Shown: positions 55,110 through 64,000 of the stretch, piece after piece
Position numbering within the stretch: the stretch's first letter is position 1
Layout: the number at the start of each line of letters is the position of its first letter
NCBI GenBank assembly: GCA_963920595.1
Contig: OY986946.1
Location: 5,580,001 to 5,644,000, forward strand
Direction of reading: 5' to 3'
Length of the DNA stretch: 64,000 nt
From: Eimeria praecox
Lineage: Eukaryota
Notes under the pieces: generated by a model
Seen by the model: only the letters and a program-made list of their open reading frames with translations
What the model was told of the DNA's origin: nothing
The model's database searches: none
Made by a program: the position numbers and the translations under genes

Positions 55110-55780
55110 TAGACTAGCTAGCCGTAGCTAGCTACATAAGAGAGTAGCTAGCTACCTAAGAGAGTAGCTAGCTACATAAGAGAGTAGCTAGCTACATAAG
55201 AGAGTAGCTAGCTACATAAGAGGGTAGCTAGCTACATAAGAGAGTAGGTAGCTACATAAGAGAGTAGGTAGCTACATAAGAGAGTAGGTAGCTAGCTAGC
55301 TAGCTAGCTAGCTGGGGAGACGGTTTTCTAACAGCAGGTGTATCTACCTACCTGCGGATATAGCTGAACAGGTATATATAGCTAGCTAGCTACCTAAAGA
55401 AGTAGCTAGCTAGCTGACTGAGGGGGGCGCTAGCTAGCCGAGGAGGGTATAGCTAGCTGACTGATTCGGGGGCTACCTATCTATCCCTCAACTACCTAGT
55501 CATTCTATATACAGCGCGAGAGCTGTGGCTAGCTAGCTAGCTAGCTAGCTAGCTACTCAAAGCTAGCTAGTTAGCTGTGGCTAGCTAGCCAGCTAGCTAG
55601 CTAGCTAGCTAGCTGTTCGGAGCTTCTCTCGTTGATAACGACATCAGCTTTCTTTCTTCTTTCTCTTCTCTAGGAGATAGCCTACGAACAGCTATCTAGC
55701 TAGCTACATCTACCTATCTATCTAGCTAGCTATCGAGCTAGCTAGCTACAGTTGGCTAGCTAGCTACAGCTAGCTATCCA
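55110..55780. repeat. 20-bp minisatellite AGAGTAGCTAGCTACATAAG (about 8 units, 55141-55300) embedded in (GCTA)n arrays
   Basis: Units line up at 20-bp intervals in the printed sequence. Confidence 0.9.
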
Positions 55781-56266
55781 CGACAGGGGGTGTGTTTCTG
55801 TGAGTCTAAAGGAGGTATACTCTGTCTGTAGCTGGAGACACGTATGTCTGCTTCTTCTTCTCTGTCTCTACAAACAGAAAGGAGACAGAAGAGACAGACA
55901 GTTTAATAAAAGAAGAAGAGGGCCTCTCATCTCATTATCTGTCTCCTCAATTTAATTTAATATCTGTCTCCTCTACAACTGTGTCCTCTAATGTTAATGC
56001 TGTGTTTTTTATTATGTTTTTGTGAGGGATATATTGCTTTCATCTCTTGTCCTTGACTGTCTCTTAAATTGTATTTGTTTGTATTTAATTATATTTAATT
56101 ATATTTAATTATATTTAATTATATTTAATTATATTTAAGTGTATCTACTTGTCTTAAGGTGTCTTTAGATGTCTCTCTAATTATATTTAATTATATTTAG
56201 TTTTTCTTAGCTTTACGTGTTTGTATTTGCTTGTCTTTACAATTATATTTAATTATATTTAATACA

Positions 56267-56400
<134 letters not shown>

Positions 56401-56597
56401 GGGAGAGGTATAGATAGAGAATATTTTATTTATTTTAATTGTTTTATTATATATAATTTATTTAATATAACTTGAATTGTTTCTTATTGTCTTTAATTAG
56501 ATCAAACTCTTCTCTTAAACTACTTTCGTATTTAATTGTTTTAAATTAAACAACAAACTTGTCTCGAAAACTTATCATACTCAAATACTCTGAGCCC

Positions 56598-57353
56598 GTG
56601 GGGGGCCCCCCCTTATCTCTCTAGGGGCCCCTTGACTCTCGTGACCTCATCGAATAAGGGGGGCCCCCCTAAGATAATATTATATCGTTAGGGGGCCCCT
56701 TAGCTGTTCTTGAGTTGTTAGGGCCCCCCTTCAGGTTCTCTAGACCTTCAAGGGCCCCCCGTGGGCCTCTGGGGGCCCCCTTAGGTGTCTTGGAGTAGCA
56801 GGGGGCCCCTTGCTGCTGCTATTGTGCGTGAGGGGGCCCCTTAACGGCTTTGGGGGCCCCCTCTTCAGAGGTTGAGGGGCCCCCCCCTAAGGGGCTGAGG
56901 GCCCCCTTGTAAGGGGTTTGGGGGCCCCCTAAGGGATTTGGCCCTCCCCTAAGTTATTTGGGGGCCCCTGTCTTAAGGGCTTTGGGCCCCCCCCCCAACT
57001 CAGGGGTTTGGGGGCCCCCTTGTAAGGGGTTTGGGGGGGCCCCTTGTAAGGGGTTTATAGGGCCCCTCTCCTAAGGGATGAGGGGGCCCCTGTAAGGGAT
57101 TGAGGGCCCCTTTCCTAAGGAATATGGGGGCCCCCTTGTAAGGGATTTCGGGGGGCCCCTTGTAAGGGGTTTATAGAGCCCCTCTCTTAAGGGATTTGGG
57201 GGCCCCCTTGTACGGGATTAGGGGGCCCCTCTCCTAAGGGATTAGGGGGGCCCCCTTGTCAGGGAGTTGGGGGGCCCCTCTGTTAAGGGATTTGGGGGCC
57301 CCCTTGTACGGGATTAGGGGGCCCCTTTCCTAAGCGATTAGGGAGGCCCCCTT
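56598..57353. repeat. GC-rich palindromic minisatellite (GGGGCCCC alternating with CCCTTGTAAGGG/CCTAAGGG units)
   Basis: About 22-25-bp degenerate units read directly; ends at the N gap. Confidence 0.85.
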
Positions 57354-57553
57354 NNNNNNNNNNNNNNNNNNNNNNNNNNNNNNNNNNNNNNNNNNNNNNN
57401 NNNNNNNNNNNNNNNNNNNNNNNNNNNNNNNNNNNNNNNNNNNNNNNNNNNNNNNNNNNNNNNNNNNNNNNNNNNNNNNNNNNNNNNNNNNNNNNNNNNN
57501 NNNNNNNNNNNNNNNNNNNNNNNNNNNNNNNNNNNNNNNNNNNNNNNNNNNNN
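57354..57553. other. Assembly gap (200 N)
   Basis: Run of N. Confidence 1.
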
Positions 57554-57582
57554 TCTTTCTTCTGTCTCCCGATTACTTGAAG

Positions 57583-57885
57583 ATGTTTTGTTGCTGTTCT
57601 CTATCTCCCCCTCCTTCTCATGGCATCCGCCCTGTATCTCGAGGGCCTTCAGGTTTATGTGATGTGTTCAAACTATCTCCTCCCGATCTACCTTTGTATG
57701 TATTGGGCAATCCTAAGCTTTGGTGCTTCGTAGGAAGCAGAGATATGCCTGTCTCTTGTTATACGTGGGAGGCAGATAAACCTAAAGCTGTTATATTGCT
57801 GCTGCAGGGGCCCCACAGTTCTTGCTTGCAGCAGTGGCTCGCCCGAAGAAACAACCCTACAAACAAACCCTCTCACACAGCAGCA

Positions 57886-57916
<31 letters not shown>

Positions 57917-59394
57917 AAGCAGGAGCAGAAGATGCTGCTGATGCACTCCCCCAGCTGCAGCTGCAGCAGCAGCAGCAGCAGCAGCAAGAAGGAGATGAGG
58001 TGTGGGGTGAGGAGGAGGAAGTGCGCCCATCATTATTATGTTGTAGACCCTTGACGTCTTCTCACAAGACAGCAGCAGCAGCAGAAGCAGAAGCAGAAGC
58101 AGCAGCAGCAGGAGGAGGAGCAATATCTCCCCTGTCTTCTCTTCTTTCTAAGGACGACGGAAGTCTGCTGCTGCTGCAGCAGCAGCAGCAGCAGCAGATA
58201 GAAGCTGACGCCCCCACACTTTCTTCTCTCAAGCCAAGTAGCTATCTCTTATCATCAGAATTTAGTATGGAGGATATGAAGGGGCTACAGCCACCGAAAG
58301 CAGCAGCAGCAGCAGCACAACGAGCAGCAGCAGCAGCAGCAGCAGCACAACGAGCAACAGCAGCAGCAGCAGCAGCAGCAAATAAAGAAGAGGAGAGAGC
58401 CCCCACAACTCTATCAGCTTCATACAAAGATGAAGAGACAGCCGCTGGCCCCGCTCTTAGTTATAGCGGATCGTGGGTAGAGAGATTTGTATTGGAGGGT
58501 TATACAGTAGTAGCAATGGACGTACAAGGCTATGGCATTCAGACCTGCTGCTGCAGCTGCAGCAGCACCAGCTGCAGCAGCAGCAGCAGCAGGGGAGGGG
58601 GTCTGTCGTCGTTGTGTGTGTCTCTAAGCTTCGAAGATATAGCAGCAGATGCCTGCACGTTGCTGCAGTCAATAGCGAACGAAACATCTCTCCCTGTATT
58701 TATTTGTGGGGAAGACATAGGAGCGACGCTGGCTTTGAGAGCAGCAGAGAGACTATCGAGAGAGGCCTTGCTAGGACGACCAGCACCATCTGCTGCTGCT
58801 GCGAAGCCTGCTGCTGCTGCTGCAGCAGCTGCTGCTGCTGGTGCAGCAGCAGCAGTAGCAGCAGGTAATGCTGCTGCGAAGGCTGAAGAACAGGAACAGG
58901 ACAAACAGCAGCAGCAACAGCAGCAACAGCAGCAGCAGCAGCAGCAGAAGCAGCAGCAGCAGAAGCAGCATCAACTCCTCCTCATAGATACAGTAGACAA
59001 GACGACGACAGCCTCAACAGCTACCTCTCATCGTGGCTCTGTAGACGGCAGAGCTGCTGCTGCTCCTGCTGCTGCTGCAGCAGCAGCAGCAACTGCTGTT
59101 GCTGCTGCTGTTGGTTGTGCTTTGGAAGCAGTAAAAGAAGAAGAAGAGGAAGCATATGAGATAGGGGGAGAGACAGCAGCAGCAGCAGCAGCAGCAGAGA
59201 TAGGTGCAGCACATCGTGTAGTGCGACAGAAGCCTGTGCCCTTAGCAGGTTTAGTGCTTCTGTCTCCTCTACTAGAAATAGAAGAAGAAGATATATGTTG
59301 TAGGACATACACACCGCCGCCTCTTGTAGATAAAATTAAGAGCTGGATAGCTTGGCCTTGGGGGGGTGCTGCAGCAGATACAGCAGCAGCAGAT

Positions 59395-59428
<34 letters not shown>

Positions 59429-59684
59429 ACCGTCGGAGCGGTGTTTTGGTACAGCAGAAACCCCACAACAGCAGCAGCAGCGGCTGGTGCAGCAGCAGCA
59501 GCAGCTGCAGCAGCAGCTGCTACTGCAGCAGCAGCAGGACTGCTGACCTTATACGAGGGCTTGAAGCTACACAGCAAGATGTGTTGTGGCTGAGGCGCCC
59601 CATCCTTAAAGATTCGCGGGAGCCCTTTAGTATTAGAGACTGGTGTAGGCTGCTGCATAGAAAGAGGGCTGAGCAGGCGTTGCT

Positions 59685-59724
<40 letters not shown>

Positions 59725-61227
59725 CTGCAGCAGCAGGAGCTGCAGCAGGAGGTGGTAGGGACGATAGGTGAAACTGGGGATAGGGATGAGAAGCAGCAAC
59801 AGCAGCAGCAGCAACAACAACAAGAACAGCAGCAGCAGCAGCATTTGTCTGTGTTAGTGCTGCAATCTCTTGATGCTGCTGCTGCTACCTCTCTCTTATC
59901 TGTTCGGCTCTTCGAGGAATTGGGGGGGAGAGTGAAGCTGCCTGAGCCTTTGGCTTCAATCCATAGAGAAGAACGGCTTAAAGAGAAGGAGGCTAGAAGG
60001 CAGGCTGCTGCTGCTGCTGCAGCAGCAGCAGCAACAGCTGCTGCTGCTGCTGCTGGTAGAGACGATGTAGAAAATGCTGTAGGAGAGGTAAGAGAAGAAA
60101 AAGAAGAAGAAGATGATGATGTTGGAGACAGAGAGCAAACAAATAAAGGATTTGAGGCTGAGCTGTTATCTCTTGCTGCTTCATCTTTACAAACAGCAGC
60201 AACAACAGCAGCAGCAGCAGCAAGAACAGCAGATATGGCTGCAGCAGCAGCAACAAGAACAGCAGCACAAGATAGAATTGATGAGGTGTATACAGCCAAC
60301 GAAGCAGCACAGAAGACACTAGAGAAGACACATACACTCGAACGACTTGCTAGTAATGCTAGCAGCAGAATAGAAGAAGAACAGAAAAGCCTTGCAGATA
60401 AATTTAGAGAGCTGGCTTCCCCTTCTGCTGCTGCTGCTGCTTCTGCTGCTGCAACAGCTGCTGCTGCTGCTGCTTCAGAAGAAGAAGATGTAGGTGAAGA
60501 TGTACAAGAGCAAGAGAAGACAGCGGAAGAAGCGGAGAAGGACGAGGAAGACAAAGAAGAAATGCTGCAGCAGGAAGAAGAGGCCGCATCTGCAGCAGCA
60601 GCAGCAGCAGCAGCAGGGGGAAGCAGTAGCTGCTGCTGCGGTGGTGCTGCAGCTGTAGAAAGCAACGAGGCGACAGCTAAGAGAAGTAACAAGAACAGAA
60701 GAAAGAAGAATAAGAACAGCAGCAACAGCAGCAGCCTCTTCTTTGGTTGCTGCAGCAACCAGCAGCAGCAGCAGCAAGAGACACAAGGTGGTGCTGCTGC
60801 AGGTCTTTACATGAAGAGAAAGAAATGGAGGAAGATACCTGGGATGGTAGTAGATGAAGATGGCTGTACAGTAGAAGTAGAAAATGTAAATGAATTGATT
60901 GAAGAGGTAAGAAGGAGTGGCTTTGAGCCTCTCCCTGAGGTGTATAGACACGAAGATAGTAGCGAAGAAGAAGAAGAAGGAGAAGAAGATAATAATGATG
61001 ATAATGTGCATATAGATAAAGAAGAACAAATACAACAAGAGAAAGAAAATAATAAAGTTTTCTCTTGTATTCAAAATTCATTAGAAGAGGGAAGGCTACA
61101 ACTTTGGCTGCTGCGAGGAGGCGATGGTGTGATGATGACGAGAGAGAAGGAGAGTGAGGAGCTACAAAATAATATTATTTATAAATTCTTACAACCTGCA
61201 ATTAATAGAATTGATATTTCTTCATAA
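57583..61227 (+). CDS. Lysophospholipase-like alpha/beta hydrolase with degenerate active site, copy 2
   Basis: Same motifs as copy 1; intact ORF, 9 nt longer net. Confidence 0.7.
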
Positions 61228-62015
61228 AATCAAAAAAGAATGGCGGATTAGATTTGTATTTTCTTCTTCTTTTCTGCTTTTCTTCTCTCGATGATGATGA
61301 TGAGATTCGATGTTGGCAGCGAAGTTGCACGGGAAACCGAGCTGATCTTCTAATTTGCATGCGATAAAATAAATAGTTGAATTATATTATATTATCCTTA
61401 ATTCAAATCGAAAAGAAAAACAAGAAAAAGAAGAAAAATATATAAACATAAAAAGAAGAGAATGACGAGTTCAGATTCAGATTTTCTCTTCTCTTCTTGT
61501 TGAACATTCAACTGCGGCAGTGTGTGTTGAGGTGTATATATATCGGCGGTGTTTTTTCTTCTTTATTAGAATTATTTTAATAATTATTATTTATTTATTT
61601 ATTATTATTATTAATAATAAATAAATGAAGTTGTTGATTGATTTCATTCAAAATTATTGGTTTGATGAAGAAAAACAACTGTGTTGTTTCTGGGCTTTCG
61701 GGTGTATGGGCAGCTGCTAGAAGAAGAAAGCTGAAGAAACCATATAAATTTATGAATTGTTTTTATTTTCGAATTCTTTTTATGAATTAAATAGTAAATA
61801 CACCGCAAATAATCTGAAAATAAACAATAAATATCCTTTAAATATGCATATAGCCACTACTTTCTTGTACGTACAGCGTGATAGATATCGTGCAGTCTGT
61901 TCTGAAATGCTAGAGTATGAAGCTTTCATACATATTCAAATACATGTATTATGCCTGTGTGTGTCTCATGTTTGTGTCCTATACCGTATATATATTTATA
62001 TCTATATCTCTATAC

Positions 62016-62093
<78 letters not shown>

Positions 62094-62805
62094 TTATCAA
62101 TATATATAAGTATATAGCAGCTATACATACACCCCCGCCCAAACAAACAGACAACAATGAAATAGAAGTAGTATGTAGAGAAGAATAGAAGCTTTGTTTA
62201 TCTTCTTTTCTTCTCTCTCTTCTTCTCTTCTCTCTCTTCTTCTTTCTTCTTTTATTTTCTATCCATGGGCGACATTGAATTCGTTTTCTTGATTGTTTCT
62301 TCCTTTGTAATCTCCGCTGCAAAGTATCTAACCCCGTTGTTATATCTTTATTTTATTATTACGTATTATTATTTATTATTATTAATATTATTAATTATTA
62401 ATATTTATTTATTAACAGCTACCCTCCCCTTCCCCTTTAGAATCTATCTCCCCTTTATCTACACAGTCTTAGTTATAAACAACTCAGATATATTCTAGCT
62501 GCTCTACCTGCCTCTGCTCTGCTGCTGCGGAGCCGCACGTGCTGCAGCAAATACGCAGCTATACTTACACTCGAGAGGGCCTTTCGACTCTTCCTGTAGA
62601 CATCTATATCTATATAGATATATCTATAGATATATCCATATATCTGTATATCTATATCGGTATATCTGTATCTATATATCTGTATATCCGTATCTCTATC
62701 TCTATATCTCTATATCTATCTATCTATATCTCTATCTATCTATGTCTAGATCTATCTAAACCTACCTATATCGGCATCTTTCTATATGTGTATCTATCTC
62801 TATTC

Positions 62806-62868
<63 letters not shown>

Positions 62869-63253
62869 GCTTCGTCTTTCCTTGTAACGAAGGCACAAAT
62901 AAAAGAGAATGTTCCCAGGGCCACTCGTTCGGGTGTATGCACATACACCGCAAGAAGGGCCTCTTCTACATTCACAGCGCTCATACAAACTGTGTGGCAC
63001 CACACAGGCAGTACTGATGGGGCTTCTACTTGCATGCATGCATGCATGCATGCATGCAACAGTTGGGGCTGACTGGGGCTGTGGGGAATGAGAGTGGGCC
63101 GCCGGGGGCCCCCCCCGCCTGTTGAGGTGTACGTACAACTATCTATCGTCTACCTTGCTCTGCTGAAGCTGAAGGGGATATACAATATAAAATACTAAAA
63201 CCCCTCAAACGCTTCAAGGCAAGGGAAGCCATATAAGAAGAAACAAGCAGAAG

Positions 63254-63285
<32 letters not shown>

Positions 63286-63542
63286 AACAGGAGAGACCAA
63301 GCAGCAGTAGCAGCAACAGCAGCGGCATTGAATCAAGCGAAGAAGAACAATTCCGATATGATGGCTGCTGCTGCTGCTGCTGCAGCAGCAGCAGCAGCTT
63401 TTCCTGTTGCTGCTGCTGCAGTCATCCTCGTGTAGCTGCTTCTTCAGTCCTTTCCGCTGCTGCTGCCGCTGCTGCTCCTTCAGCACCGCCTCCGCAGCAA
63501 CAACAACAACAACAACAGCAGCAGCAGCAGCAACAGCAGCAC

Positions 63543-64000
63543 CTACTCTCCGTGCAAGCTGTCCTGTTCATCTATCTCCTCCTCCTCCTCAATCAACATA
63601 TCAGGGTTAGGGTTCCACGAGGGGATTGCGGTTAATACAAACATAACAACTCCTTGATATAACGCCCGCTGCCAGTAAGGAGGGCTTGAACGGGGGCCCC
63701 CCCCCCTATCGCTGCTGTCTCTGGGGGGCCCCCTATCTCTAGGGGCCCCCCTTCCTCTGGGGGCCCCCCTATCGCTGGGGGGGCCCCCATATCTTTGATC
63801 TATAGAAAAATTCGAGGGGGAGGAGGGGGAAGAACCTGAAGGGGGGGGAGGCCCTACATGGGGTGAGGGCCTTGAAGGGGGGGCCCCCTGGGGGCCCCCT
63901 TGGGGGCCCCCCTGGGGGCCCCCTTCTCTTACATTGAGAGCCTGTGAAGGAGGAGATGAAGCATCCTCTACACGCCCTCGAAGACGAATCTCCTGCATTG
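63543..64000 (-). CDS. Last exon (partial) of the HERP-like membrane protein, copy 2
   Basis: Encodes ...YWQRALYQGVVMFVLTAIPSWNPNPDMLIEEEEEIDEQDSLHGE*, as in copy 1. Confidence 0.5.
   Translation of the reverse strand, partial: MQEIRLRGRVEDASSPPSQALNVREGGPQGGPQGGPQGAPPSRPSPHVGPPPPSGSSPSSPSNFSIDQRYGGPPSDRGAPRGRGAPRDRGPPRDSSDRGGGPRSSPPYWQRALYQGVVMFVLTAIPSWNPNPDMLIEEEEEIDEQDSLHGE

Larger units (their letters stand above)
57554..64000 (+). repeat. Near-identical second copy of 44535-50972 (segmental duplication or uncollapsed haplotype)
   Basis: Colinear identity from TCTTTCTTCTGTCTCCCGATTAC to GAATCTCCTGCATTG, offset about 13.0 kb, with scattered SNPs and microsatellite length changes. Confidence 0.95.

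Overview
Eukaryotic, intron-rich apicomplexan DNA, almost certainly a coccidian of the genus Eimeria. The assignment rests on pervasive CAG/CTG tracts inside coding sequence, interstitial AAACCCT/AGGGTTT telomere-like arrays, and TGCATGCA and (TA)n tracts. Reading splice sites by hand gives nine distinct protein-coding genes: a VHS-domain protein (-, runs off the left edge), the apical-complex lysine methyltransferase AKMT (+), a 12-exon secreted coiled-coil protein (-), a single-exon claudin-like four-TM protein (+), the m6A-writer subunit WTAP/FIP37 (-), RRP12 (+), a signal-peptide-bearing M1 aminopeptidase N (+), an AT-rich orphan ORF (+) and a lysophospholipase-like alpha/beta hydrolase with a degenerate catalytic triad (+). 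A tenth, less certain gene is a HERP-like membrane protein (-). After a 200-N gap, 57554-64000 is a near-identical second copy of 44535-50972. The most striking unexplained structure is a set of at least 11 introns built as (AAACCCT)n-unique spacer-(AGGGTTT)n, always in that polarity and mostly about 230-260 nt long. Others are a six-copy array of an RRP12 exon end plus donor site separated by telomeric repeats, and a dispersed GGTGTAYRTACACC palindrome. Most ORFs in the supplied track are microsatellite artefacts. Gene-family calls come from motif recognition, not database searches.
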